The notes under the pieces are model-generated. The model did not search any database. It was not told the origin of the DNA and saw only the letters and a list, made by a program, of their open reading frames with translations. A stretch of 64,000 bases of DNA from Bacteroidota bacterium (lineage in GTDB: Bacteria > Bacteroidota > Bacteroidia > UBA8524): assembly GCA_016124735.1 (NCBI GenBank), contig WGMZ01000031.1, positions 121,992-185,991 of the forward strand. Direction: 5' to 3'. The position numbers were made by a program, and so were the translations under genes. Shown piece after piece: positions 18,865 through 28,213 of this stretch (positions are counted from its first letter, which is position 1; every line of letters begins with the position of its first letter).

Positions 18865-20319
18865 TTAGAAGTTATATCTCACTCCAGTGAACAAATTGTA
18901 GGAATTATACTTCTGAGTCATCCCGAAAGAGGAATTAGTTAATGATGTCACTCCGAAGCGCAAACCCGGTTCAAAGAGCAGGTCGAAATGCTTATCCAGT
19001 TTGTAACTGGCTGTCAGATTGAACATCACGTTCAGGCCTGCATACCCTTTGTATGGATTAGATGCCCCATTCAATTTGATTACATCGGTCACCGATGGGT
19101 TCACGATTTGACCTCTTTGACGGAATGCCAGGTTAAAGACCGGCCCGCCAGAAAGCCCCAGATCCCATTTATTCGTAGTATACATGTGGTAATTCAACAA
19201 GATTGGAATATCCAGGAAGGTATAGGAATTTGATGAGCGGAAAGTGGTAGTACTTCCCGGCATGGTATCCTTCACCTCGTAAGTAATCTTTTGAGGACCA
19301 TTGATTGGGTCGATGATATACCCTGTTTTTTGGTATACGTTGATTTGATCGGGGGAAGTATAATTGAAATTAAGGTTCTCATGAATCTGGCTAAAAGATA
19401 GGCCGGAACGAACACTTAAGATGCGGTTGAAACGGTATTCTGCTCTCATCTGGAAGGTGTAAGCAGCGCCAACTTTCTCGTATTTATTTCTTGCATTCCG
19501 ATAGGCTGGATTGCCTCCCTGAAAATGACGGTTTACAAAGTCGTAAGATCCAAGAATTTCTACCGACCAGGGTGAAGGAGTAATCGGAGGATTGACCACC
19601 GGCTGCTGCGCTTTTTCCGGTTGCGGATCGTTCGCTTCCTCAGATGATTTCACCAGAGGATCTTCTGTCACTTCCGGAATTTCCTCTCCTTGTACCTCTT
19701 CAACGATTTGCTCATTGTTTTCCATTTGCTCCGGAACGTCCACTTTTTCCTGCTCTTTTGGAGGAGTCACATTCGTTCCGTTTTGAGCCAGCTCCGTTTT
19801 AGAAGGCTCCTCCTGTGGCGCCATTTCCTGCGGTGTTTCTTCTGATGCCCGATTCTGAGGAGTAGCATTACTTGCCCGAGTTGGAAGTTCTGCTCTGAAT
19901 GGATTTGTTGTTGCCGGCAGTTGATTTGTTGACGCTTCAGATTGAAAAGATTGATTTTCTGCCTGCAAATCTGTGATAGAAGGAGCTTCTTCGCTTTTCC
20001 CTGCGCTTCCGGATGGAGCCTCTGGAGCAGGGGCTTCATTCACGGCCTGGGTTTGACTCAAGGCATGGTCATCTATCTTACCGTCTTTCAAGATCAGTAT
20101 AGCTGCTGAACTTATCAGGACAAGCCCCGCTGCCAGTGACATATACCAGCGGGCATTCTGTTTAAAGTTGTTAATCAACTTGTAAACAGGCGTACGTGTC
20201 TGATCAATCCTTTCCCATACATGCATGGGGGGTTCTACCGAATATTGGTCGAGCCCGTCACGGAACAGATCATCAATGGGATGCCTATTTTCGTTCATAT
20301 TCAATGTTTTGAGATTCAA
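18865..20319 (-). CDS. putative anti-sigma factor with a C-terminal outer-membrane beta-barrel-like domain
   Basis: 484 aa. Short cytoplasmic N-terminus, one TM helix (WYMSLAAGLVLISSAAILIL) and a ~170-aa Pro/Glu/Gln-rich linker. The C-terminal ~230 aa have alternating beta-strand pattern ending in the aromatic ...GVRYNF. Start overlaps the stop of the ECF sigma gene. Confidence 0.5.
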   Translation of the reverse strand: MNLKTLNMNENRHPIDDLFRDGLDQYSVEPPMHVWERIDQTRTPVYKLINNFKQNARWYMSLAAGLVLISSAAILILKDGKIDDHALSQTQAVNEAPAPEAPSGSAGKSEEAPSITDLQAENQSFQSEASTNQLPATTNPFRAELPTRASNATPQNRASEETPQEMAPQEEPSKTELAQNGTNVTPPKEQEKVDVPEQMENNEQIVEEVQGEEIPEVTEDPLVKSSEEANDPQPEKAQQPVVNPPITPSPWSVEILGSYDFVNRHFQGGNPAYRNARNKYEKVGAAYTFQMRAEYRFNRILSVRSGLSFSQIHENLNFNYTSPDQINVYQKTGYIIDPINGPQKITYEVKDTMPGSTTTFRSSNSYTFLDIPILLNYHMYTTNKWDLGLSGGPVFNLAFRQRGQIVNPSVTDVIKLNGASNPYKGYAGLNVMFNLTASYKLDKHFDLLFEPGLRFGVTSLTNSSFGMTQKYNSYNLFTGVRYNF

Positions 20320-20839
20320 TAACTTTCTTTTGTAACCATTTTCTGGCTTTGGCTAACTGAGAACGGGATGTGCCTTCATTCACGCCGAGGGTGTCTGCAA
20401 TTTCTGCATGACTGAATCCTTCAATGGCGTAAAGGTTAAACACTACTTTGTACCCTTCGGGTAAGTCCTGAACCATCCGCATGAGTTCCCCCTGCGATAG
20501 TTTGTCCAGCACCGTTGCTTCCTGAGGCATATCGTAATTGTCGTCAATCCCGATTACCTCATTCTTAAAGCTATTCTTGCGGTATAGCTTCAAAGCAGTG
20601 TTCACCATAATCCGGCGAATCCATCCTTCAAAAGAACCGTTGCCCCTGAACTTGGAGACATTATCAAACACTTTAATAAAGCCTTCCTGCAAAATATCCT
20701 CCGCCTCGAGATCAGTACGAGCATATCGGCGACATACTGCCAGCATTTTGCCGGAGTAGGTCTTGTAGAGCGCGTATTGACTTGCCCTATCCTCGCGGAT
20801 ACACCCGTTGATCAGTTCTTCTTCACGCATAAATTGCAA
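20285..20839 (-). CDS. ECF-subfamily RNA polymerase sigma-70 factor
   Basis: 184 aa. Region 2 (DILQEGFIKVF) and region 4 HTH (EGFSHAEIADTLGVNEGTSRSQLAKARKWL). Confidence 0.88.
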   Translation of the reverse strand: MQFMREEELINGCIREDRASQYALYKTYSGKMLAVCRRYARTDLEAEDILQEGFIKVFDNVSKFRGNGSFEGWIRRIMVNTALKLYRKNSFKNEVIGIDDNYDMPQEATVLDKLSQGELMRMVQDLPEGYKVVFNLYAIEGFSHAEIADTLGVNEGTSRSQLAKARKWLQKKVIESQNIEYERK

Positions 20840-20990
20840 ACAAGACTTGGTTTGGCACCTTGTTCAGTAAGCCTAAGAGGACTTAAGTTACAGAAATGTT
20901 GCCCGTCGGCGAAAGATTTTTGATAAAATTCCCGTTCCTTCCGGGCTATCCGTCTATTATGCTTGAAAGCGAAAGATAAAAGCATGACTT

Positions 20991-23108
20991 TTGTTCTCGA
21001 CCATATACATGCAAAGCTTTGATATCTTCTTCCATCTGCCTGCCTGGTATTTGCTGCTCTGTACTATTTTCGCAGCAGGCGGCGCGTGGCTATTGTACCG
21101 ATTTCCACTTTTTGGAGAAGAGGACCGTCTATGGGTCCGGCGCTTTCTGGGGGCGTTCCGCTTTGCCTTTCTTTTTATCCTGAGTGCACTATTACTGGAA
21201 CCTTTAATCCGGCATGAACGAACGGAAATAGAAAAACCCGTGGTGGCCCTTCTCGTAGATGACAGTGAATCCATTCGATTGCAGAAAGATTCGGCTGATA
21301 TCAAAGCGAAACTGGCCCAGGCAATTGAACAATTGCGCTCAGGGCTTGGAAGCACCCACCAAGTCCAGGTATTTTTAGCTGCCGATGGTATCAGCGAAGG
21401 CAAATCACCTGACTTAAATGCTCCGGCTACCAATCTATCGAAGGCACTGAAAGATCTTGACAATCAATTTGAAAACAGGAATCTGGGGGCAACCATTTTA
21501 TTCAGCGATGGATTGTATAATCAAGGGAGCAATCCGATTTATGTGATGCGCAAATCATCTGCACCGATCTATACCGTCGGGTTAGGCGATACAACTGAGC
21601 AAAGAGATCTTTGGATTGAAGAAGTACGACAAAACAGACTCGCATACCTGAGCAACCGCTTCCCATTATCCATCCGCTGCAAAGCCAATGATCTTAAAGG
21701 GCAGAATACCCGCCTACGCATCAAAAGTGGCGAACAATTGCTGCACGAGGAAACCCTTCAAATCAATGAAGAAGTTTGGTCGAAAACCCTGGATGTCAGT
21801 CTTAAAGCAGAGCATGCCGGGATGCAACGTTTTGATATTTCGCTCGAGGTTCTGCCTGGTGAGCACAGCCGCCTCAATAATCACAAAACCATCTACATGG
21901 AGGTGGTCGACGGGCGCAATAAAATTCTGATTTTAGCCGAAGCCCCGCACCCGGACTTAGCTGCCCTTAAAGAGGCCATAGAGAGCTACGACAAATACAA
22001 AGCAGAGGTCGTTTTAAGCTGGAATCTCGGGCCGGTGAATTGGAAAGATGTCAATCTTCTGATTCTCCATAGTTTGCCATCGCTGCGTTTCCCCATCGTC
22101 GATTATCTCGAAGATGCCGAAAAGAATAGTGTTCCCGTGCTTTATATTGTTGGTGAGTCGACTAATCTGAACCAAATCCGCACCTGGAGCCGGGGAATCT
22201 ATGTGCAAAGCAATCTAAGCGCCAGCAATGATGCCCTGGCTGCATTCAATCCAAATTTTCAGCTATTCACTTTGGAAGACGCAACGCTTTCGGCCCTGAA
22301 ACGCTTCCCTCCATTGTCCAGTCCGTTTGGGAATTATTCTCCCGTTCCCGACAACAGGGTGTTGTTCAAGCAAAAAATTGGAATGGTAGAATCAGGCGAT
22401 CCTCTTTTAGCCTTTTCAGATGATGCCGGACAAAAGACGGGTGTATTGTTTGGAGAAGGATATTGGCGCTGGCGATTGTACGATTACGAATTGAACGCTA
22501 ACCACAATGCCAGCGATGAAATAATCCAGAAAGTCGCCCAATATTTAGTAGCGAAGAAAGACAAACGGCCCTTTCGGGTGATTCCCGTTAAACAGCGTTT
22601 CGATGAAAACGAACGCCTTTTGTTCAGGGCCGAACTGTATAATGCCAGTTTTCAACTGGTCAATGAGCCTGACGTATTTTTAAAAGTACGGAACAGCCAG
22701 GGCAAGGAGTTTACCTATCAATTCACGCGAGATCAGGACGCCTATTCATTGGATGCTGGTTATCTTGAGCCTGGCGATTATACTTTTTCATCTACCACTC
22801 AATTTGACGGAAACCAGTACCATTCAGATGGATTGTTTTCTGTAAGTCCCCTTCAATTGGAAGCTCTCAATACACGGGCAGATTTTGATTTGCTCCGGCA
22901 ATTAGCCGACAAAAACGGTGGTCAGTTTTATACGGATGGCCAGCTTCAGAAGCTTATCAGTCAGATTGACGAGAACGAAGCCATTCACAGTATTTCTTAT
23001 ATGAAATCTAATCTGGAAGATATCATTCGTCTCCCCTGGCTTTTCTGGCTATTGGTTGTATTTATCAGCGTGGAGTGGTTTGTAAGGAAGTATTTTGGAG
23101 CCTACTAG
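20991..23108 (+). CDS. membrane-anchored VWA-domain protein
   Basis: 705 aa. Two N-terminal TM helices. MIDAS motif DxSxS (LVDDSESI) in a VWA-like domain. C-terminal TM helix (LFWLLVVFISV). Confidence 0.6.
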   Translation: MFSTIYMQSFDIFFHLPAWYLLLCTIFAAGGAWLLYRFPLFGEEDRLWVRRFLGAFRFAFLFILSALLLEPLIRHERTEIEKPVVALLVDDSESIRLQKDSADIKAKLAQAIEQLRSGLGSTHQVQVFLAADGISEGKSPDLNAPATNLSKALKDLDNQFENRNLGATILFSDGLYNQGSNPIYVMRKSSAPIYTVGLGDTTEQRDLWIEEVRQNRLAYLSNRFPLSIRCKANDLKGQNTRLRIKSGEQLLHEETLQINEEVWSKTLDVSLKAEHAGMQRFDISLEVLPGEHSRLNNHKTIYMEVVDGRNKILILAEAPHPDLAALKEAIESYDKYKAEVVLSWNLGPVNWKDVNLLILHSLPSLRFPIVDYLEDAEKNSVPVLYIVGESTNLNQIRTWSRGIYVQSNLSASNDALAAFNPNFQLFTLEDATLSALKRFPPLSSPFGNYSPVPDNRVLFKQKIGMVESGDPLLAFSDDAGQKTGVLFGEGYWRWRLYDYELNANHNASDEIIQKVAQYLVAKKDKRPFRVIPVKQRFDENERLLFRAELYNASFQLVNEPDVFLKVRNSQGKEFTYQFTRDQDAYSLDAGYLEPGDYTFSSTTQFDGNQYHSDGLFSVSPLQLEALNTRADFDLLRQLADKNGGQFYTDGQLQKLISQIDENEAIHSISYMKSNLEDIIRLPWLFWLLVVFISVEWFVRKYFGAY

Positions 23109-23177
23109 TTTAGGGTTGAGGGTGTAGTGTTGAGTTTTGTCTCTCAACCCTACACCCTCCGCTCTAAACCAAACAAG

Positions 23178-23738
23178 CTATCTCTTCTTCGGGAACTTCA
23201 TCCGGTAATCGGCATCCACTTTTCCTTTGCTTATATCGCTCAGTTTTTTGGTGAGGAGTCTGCGCCGGAAGGGGTTGATCAAATCAACAAATAGAATTCC
23301 ATCCGTATGATCGTGTTCATGTTGGATGACACGCGCCGCCAAACCATCAAAAGTTTCTTCCTTCAATTCGAAATTCTCATCCATGTATTCGATGGTGATT
23401 TTTTCATTGCGGCTTACTTTTTCTCGTATTCCGGGAATACTCAGGCAGCCTTCTTCAAATTCCCATTCGTCGCCTTCTTCATCTACGATATAGGCATTGA
23501 TAAACACCCGTTTAAATCCCTTAAGGTTCGGGTCATCTTCCTCAAATGGAGAAGCATCCACCACGAAAAGGCGTATGGGCAAACCCACTTGTGGGGCAGC
23601 CAGTCCTACTCCATGGCTGGCGTACATGGTTTCGAACATGTTGTCAATCAGTTCTTTGAGGTTCGGATATTCGGCGCTGATTTCATCTGCTTCTTTACGA
23701 AGCACAGAATCTCCGTATGCATGTATGGGAAGAATCAT
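23178..23738 (-). CDS. def: peptide deformylase
   Basis: 186 aa. GVGLAAPQVG, EGCLSIPG and HEHDHTDG motifs. Confidence 0.92.
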   Translation of the reverse strand: MILPIHAYGDSVLRKEADEISAEYPNLKELIDNMFETMYASHGVGLAAPQVGLPIRLFVVDASPFEEDDPNLKGFKRVFINAYIVDEEGDEWEFEEGCLSIPGIREKVSRNEKITIEYMDENFELKEETFDGLAARVIQHEHDHTDGILFVDLINPFRRRLLTKKLSDISKGKVDADYRMKFPKKR

Positions 23739-24145
23739 GTTTGTGCTAAAAAGTCCTGCAAAATTAACGTTGCGCTCACAGAATCCAAAAGCCGCTTATC
23801 TTTCCGGTCCTTTTTCTTGACTCCCGAGGCAATTAAACTTTGCTGAGAAATTTTAGAGGTGAAGGTTTCATCTATCCGATGAATAGGTTTCTCGGGAAAT
23901 TCGTTCCTAAGCTTGTCAATGAAAATTAAAATTTCCTTTTCAATATCCGAGGGCCTGCCATCGAGGCGAAAAGGTTGACCTACCACAAATGCTTCGACAA
24001 GCTCTTTTCGACAATATGTTTTGAGATATTCCATTAAAGAGGAAGTATCAACCGTTGTCAGAGCCGAAGCAATAATTTTAAGCGGATCCGTAACGGCCAG
24101 ACCCGTGCGCTTACCGCCATAATCGATAGAAAGTATTCTTCCCAA
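23735..24145 (-). CDS. ruvX: Holliday-junction resolvase-like protein RuvX/YqgF
   Basis: 136 aa. N-terminal ILSIDYGGKRTGLAV motif. 4-nt overlap with def. Confidence 0.88.
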   Translation of the reverse strand: MGRILSIDYGGKRTGLAVTDPLKIIASALTTVDTSSLMEYLKTYCRKELVEAFVVGQPFRLDGRPSDIEKEILIFIDKLRNEFPEKPIHRIDETFTSKISQQSLIASGVKKKDRKDKRLLDSVSATLILQDFLAQT

Positions 24146-24147
24146 AG

Positions 24148-24627
24148 CTATTTCTTATCAGGGTCGTCGCCGTCCAGTGTAAATATCACCGGCAATGTTT
24201 GTTTTACCCGAACGTGTTTCCCTCTTTGCATTCCGGGTTTCCAGTCGGGCATACCCTTTACAATTTTCACGGCGGCAGAATCCAAAAGCGGATGTGCTCC
24301 TCTAACCACCTGAACATTAGAAACTTTTCCATCCTTTTCTATCACAAAGCTTACATAGACTTTTCCAGAAATACCCTGTTCTTTCGCTTTCAAAGAATAT
24401 TCGGCGCGACTGGCAATGTATTTATACATGGCTTGCTGGCCTCCCGGGAATTCCGGCATTTGCTCCACAAATAGGAAGACTTCTCCGTCTTTTTCGGTAC
24501 TCTTCTCTTCTATCGGATTCTCTTTTGGCGGATCACTGTCGTCGCGATCTCCTGCGTTCTGTTGTGCAACCACTGATGTGGTTATAAGTGCCAATCCGAG
24601 TGCGAGGGTCAATTGTCTTATTTTCAT
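24148..24627 (-). CDS. secreted TonB C-terminal-domain protein
   Basis: 159 aa. Signal peptide. TonB_C-like segment (EQMPEFPGGQQAMYKYI...GKVYVSFVIEKDG...V). No proline-rich or TM region. Confidence 0.65.
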   Translation of the reverse strand: MKIRQLTLALGLALITTSVVAQQNAGDRDDSDPPKENPIEEKSTEKDGEVFLFVEQMPEFPGGQQAMYKYIASRAEYSLKAKEQGISGKVYVSFVIEKDGKVSNVQVVRGAHPLLDSAAVKIVKGMPDWKPGMQRGKHVRVKQTLPVIFTLDGDDPDKK

Positions 24628-24635
24628 GGTATCTG

Positions 24636-25052
24636 CTAAAAATTCAGTTTCTTCTTCTTGGGTTTCTCCGATACTCCCAGATAAAAACGAATGGGTAAGA
24701 CATACTGAACTTCAACGGCTATGCCTTTTTGCATGCCCGGATTCCATCCCGGCATATTTCTCACTTCGATATCAGTTACCTCGCCCTTCTCATCTACTCC
24801 AAATTGTGCCACTACCCTTCCTTGAATGTTATGTTCCCGCCCATCGGATAGGGACCATCGATTATCCGAAATATACTTGAACATGGCGGTTTCTCCTCCC
24901 GGGAATTCAGGTGTATCCTCCACTATCTTGTATATAATTCCTGTGTCCTTTGGCCTCAGATTCGAGTCAAAACTTTCCCCGTTTTCCTGTGCAAGTGCTG
25001 AATAAGCAGCTAAGCTCAGGGTGAAGGCAAGGACCAGGTTTCGGATGTTCAT
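24636..25052 (-). CDS. secreted TonB C-terminal-domain protein (tandem paralog)
   Basis: 138 aa. Signal peptide. EDTPEFPGGETAMFKYI...GRVVAQFGVDEKGEV. Paralog of the adjacent gene. Confidence 0.65.
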   Translation of the reverse strand: MNIRNLVLAFTLSLAAYSALAQENGESFDSNLRPKDTGIIYKIVEDTPEFPGGETAMFKYISDNRWSLSDGREHNIQGRVVAQFGVDEKGEVTDIEVRNMPGWNPGMQKGIAVEVQYVLPIRFYLGVSEKPKKKKLNF

Positions 25053-25081
25053 TTTTGGTGAAATAGGTACTACATGAATAC

Positions 25082-26263
25082 TTAGTTTTTTCTTAAGGTA
25101 ATTCGAAAGGTTGTTCCTTTTCCAGGAGTTGATTCCTTTACGAAAATCTTACCCCGGTGGTATTCCTCAATAATACGCTTGGCGAGAGAAAGTCCCAAAC
25201 CCCAGCCTCTTTTTTTCGTGGTAAAACCGGGCTTAAAAACATCCTTTGTTTTAGATGATGGAATACCCTTACCGGTATCCCGGATATCAATATGAATGAG
25301 GTTTTTTGTCTCTGTTAGATGAAAGCTTATCTCCCCCTGTCCTTCCATTGCATCGATGGCATTTTTGGTAATATTCTCCAAAACCCAGTCGAAGAGTTGA
25401 ACATTTACCCGGGCAAAGCAATTATGGAGTTCCTCGGCATGCACTTCAAATTTGACTTTGCTGGAAGCACGGGTACTCATATAGGCTACCGATTGGTCAA
25501 TCATGGCTTTGATATCCCGGTCTTCGAGTACAGGAGTAGAGCCAATTTTAGAAAAGCGCTCCGATACCAGCCGAAGTCTTTCTATGTCTTTTTCCATCTC
25601 TCTCAGCATTTCCTCCGTGGGAGGTCCATCTAAATCTTTAAAAAGGTCAATCCAGGCAATCAATGAGGAGATAGGTGTACCCAATTGATGGGCCGTTTCT
25701 TTGGCTAGCCCAACCCATACTCTGTTCTGCTCAGACCTTCTGGATGCACTAAATGCGAGATAAGAAACCAGTAGAAATAGCGAGATGATGCCAATCTGGT
25801 AATAGGGATAGTATTTTAACTGAGTAAGAAGGGTGGAATTGTGATAGTACACATAATTTTTCCGTCCTTCCAGGTATTCAATTACGATCGGCTCATTTTC
25901 CTTTTTCATTTCCTGCAGTTGTTCCTGCAGGTATTTCGGGTCATTGGCCCGAACGGTATCAAGGTTCTGATAGTTCAGAATGGTTCCCTGCTCATCGGTG
26001 AGGATAATGGGAATATTGTTGCTGCTGGTTCGCCTGACCTCCATGAGGAAGGTTACATCCTCATCGTCTGATTCGACGAGACGTTGCATGGCCGCAGTCC
26101 ATTGATTCACCCTGTTCTGCTCCTCCCTGGCCAATTTTTTCACCAATTGGTTGGTATAAAGCAGCGACATGATGGCAATATTCACTGCAAAAATGAGCAG
26201 TACGATTTTCCAAATCAGTTTCAGCTGAAAAGACATCCTGACGAAATTACCCAAAAAGCGCAC
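25082..26263 (-). CDS. sensor histidine kinase
   Basis: 393 aa. Two TM helices flank a periplasmic segment. HisKA H-box (AHQLGTPISSL) and HATPase_c N/G boxes. Confidence 0.8.
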   Translation of the reverse strand: MRFLGNFVRMSFQLKLIWKIVLLIFAVNIAIMSLLYTNQLVKKLAREEQNRVNQWTAAMQRLVESDDEDVTFLMEVRRTSSNNIPIILTDEQGTILNYQNLDTVRANDPKYLQEQLQEMKKENEPIVIEYLEGRKNYVYYHNSTLLTQLKYYPYYQIGIISLFLLVSYLAFSASRRSEQNRVWVGLAKETAHQLGTPISSLIAWIDLFKDLDGPPTEEMLREMEKDIERLRLVSERFSKIGSTPVLEDRDIKAMIDQSVAYMSTRASSKVKFEVHAEELHNCFARVNVQLFDWVLENITKNAIDAMEGQGEISFHLTETKNLIHIDIRDTGKGIPSSKTKDVFKPGFTTKKRGWGLGLSLAKRIIEEYHRGKIFVKESTPGKGTTFRITLRKN

Positions 26264-26282
26264 TATTCTTTAATTTGCTGCC

Positions 26283-27014
26283 GTGATTCTTGAAACAAAA
26301 CATGGCCGATTCGACCTGGATCAGGGTTTGGATCTGAGTATACCCGTTCGGCGGGGAGAAAATTCTGTGGAAGCATTCTATATCCCGCATGCCCGAATGG
26401 AGCCATTCTGTGCCGGCGGATTTGTTGGCTCTGTTACCGAAGGTGGCGCCTGCAATTGCGAAAACATTCACTTCAATGCACATGGAAACGGAACCCATAC
26501 CGAGTGTGTTGGACATGTAAGCCGCGAGGCCCATTACCTGCTCGATAGTCTTCACCGCCATTTTTTTGAAGCGCAAATTGTGAGCATCGCTCCCATAAAA
26601 CAAGAAGATGGAGATCATTTGGTTCTTCCTCATCAGATTCCCAACGAATTGCCCGAGGCACTCATTATCCGCACACTTCCCAATTCGAACGAAAAGAAGA
26701 CAAAAAAATATTCCGGAACCAACCCGGTTTATCTGCATCCGGATACTGCTACTAAAATCCGGGAAGCCGGTGTGAAACACTTATTGATTGATCAACCATC
26801 GGTTGACAAAGAAGAAGATGGAGGCGCCCTTGCAGCACATAAGAATTACTGGAATTATCCTACTCACCCACGACTCGATGCTACCATTACTGAATTGATC
26901 TATGTTTCAGAAAGCATTCCTGATGGATTTTACCTTTTGAACCTGATGACTCCCTCAATGGAGAGTGATGCAGTGCCGAGCAAGCCGATGATATTTGCAC
27001 CCATTGAAGAATAA
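26283..27014 (+). CDS. cyclase family protein (kynurenine-formamidase-like)
   Basis: 243 aa. HGNGTHTE motif characteristic of the cyclase/arylformamidase family. Confidence 0.6.
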   Translation: MILETKHGRFDLDQGLDLSIPVRRGENSVEAFYIPHARMEPFCAGGFVGSVTEGGACNCENIHFNAHGNGTHTECVGHVSREAHYLLDSLHRHFFEAQIVSIAPIKQEDGDHLVLPHQIPNELPEALIIRTLPNSNEKKTKKYSGTNPVYLHPDTATKIREAGVKHLLIDQPSVDKEEDGGALAAHKNYWNYPTHPRLDATITELIYVSESIPDGFYLLNLMTPSMESDAVPSKPMIFAPIEE

Positions 27015-27039
27015 AATATTCTCTTCGATAAATCGAGGT

Positions 27040-28161
27040 TTATTGGATCATCAACTTGGCTCTCTCTTTACGGCCACCTTCTGATTCCAACTCAAGAATA
27101 TAGGTGCCCGAAAGGATGCCGGAAATATCCAGCCAGTACTTTTCTCCCTGTGCTGATTTGTTTATCACAATTCTTCCGCTCAGGTCATAAAGTCGAACGG
27201 AAATTAGCCCTCCGGAAGTTCCAATCCAAACGCCACCGGAGGCAGGATTTGGGTATATGTTAAACTTCCCATCCACCTGTTTCAGTCCGTTGGTTTGCAC
27301 CTGAACCGACCATTCTGCGGTATCATGGCAACCGTAATCATTGATAGCCACAAGGCGGTATTGGGCATCTTCCCAAAGCTGAACCTGCAAGACATTGCTC
27401 TTTTCGGCTAACTCAATCGTTTGCCCGAAATAAAGATGATACCACTGGTAATCCAATGCCTTGCTATAGGATGAGGTTGCCTTAAGTTCATACATCCCCG
27501 CTGCCGGTAATTTCGTGTAGCCTACTCCGTCTATTTTCAGTTTGATCCCCTGTTTCACCCATATTGTGTCTTTGTAAGTATTCATTGCAGAAGCATCCCC
27601 AATTAAGGTGGTATAAACGTAATATTTCCCTTCTAACAAATGGGTCGTCCCGGAAAATGATCCTATTGATGCGACAAAGTTTTCCATACTGTCTCGCAGG
27701 GTAATTGAACCACCCAAGGTAGTCCAGTCATTGACTTCAGTATGGAATTCTACCCATCCACACCCAGATTCAATGGCAGAGTAGCTGATTCTTTCGGGCA
27801 TTCCATTTACCTGAATAAAAAAGGTATCTGTAGTCGAATTCATTCCATCGGATAAAGTTACATAAAACGGATAGGGTGTATGAGAGGAATCCGTTGCAAG
27901 TGGTGTCCAGCATAGTTGTGCTGAAGCATGTTTAACCATGCCATTATTGCATTGAAAAGTTGCTGTTTTCACTGGTGAATCCCAGGATATCCGGACGGTA
28001 TCGTTCGGGTCAATATCATCCGATTCAATTTGGAAACACGCTTGTTGTCCGGTAAGGACTGTAATCAATTTGAGACCTTGAACAAAAGTTGGAGGTGTAT
28101 TCTGTGCAAGAGCAGCAATGCAGAAAAATAATACCGGCAGTGTCAGGGAAATTCTTTTCAT
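27040..28161 (-). CDS. T9SS type-A C-terminal-sorting-domain protein (secreted, function unknown)
   Basis: 373 aa. Signal peptide. CTD pattern FNIYPNPASGGVWIG...VRLYDLSGRIV...GTYILELESEG...KLMIQ. Confidence 0.7.
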   Translation of the reverse strand: MKRISLTLPVLFFCIAALAQNTPPTFVQGLKLITVLTGQQACFQIESDDIDPNDTVRISWDSPVKTATFQCNNGMVKHASAQLCWTPLATDSSHTPYPFYVTLSDGMNSTTDTFFIQVNGMPERISYSAIESGCGWVEFHTEVNDWTTLGGSITLRDSMENFVASIGSFSGTTHLLEGKYYVYTTLIGDASAMNTYKDTIWVKQGIKLKIDGVGYTKLPAAGMYELKATSSYSKALDYQWYHLYFGQTIELAEKSNVLQVQLWEDAQYRLVAINDYGCHDTAEWSVQVQTNGLKQVDGKFNIYPNPASGGVWIGTSGGLISVRLYDLSGRIVINKSAQGEKYWLDISGILSGTYILELESEGGRKERAKLMIQ

Positions 28162-28213
28162 ATCTCAAAGAGAACGCATCTGACGCGAGTTTGTTGCCTG
28201 GCAATGCAGGTTT

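Noticed and set aside
28162-28213. Short hairpin CCTG-gcaatg-CAGG followed by TTTTT on the plus strand, considered as a terminator
   Set aside because: No plus-strand gene ends here, since both flanking genes are on the minus strand. In the minus orientation the T-tract precedes rather than follows the stem.
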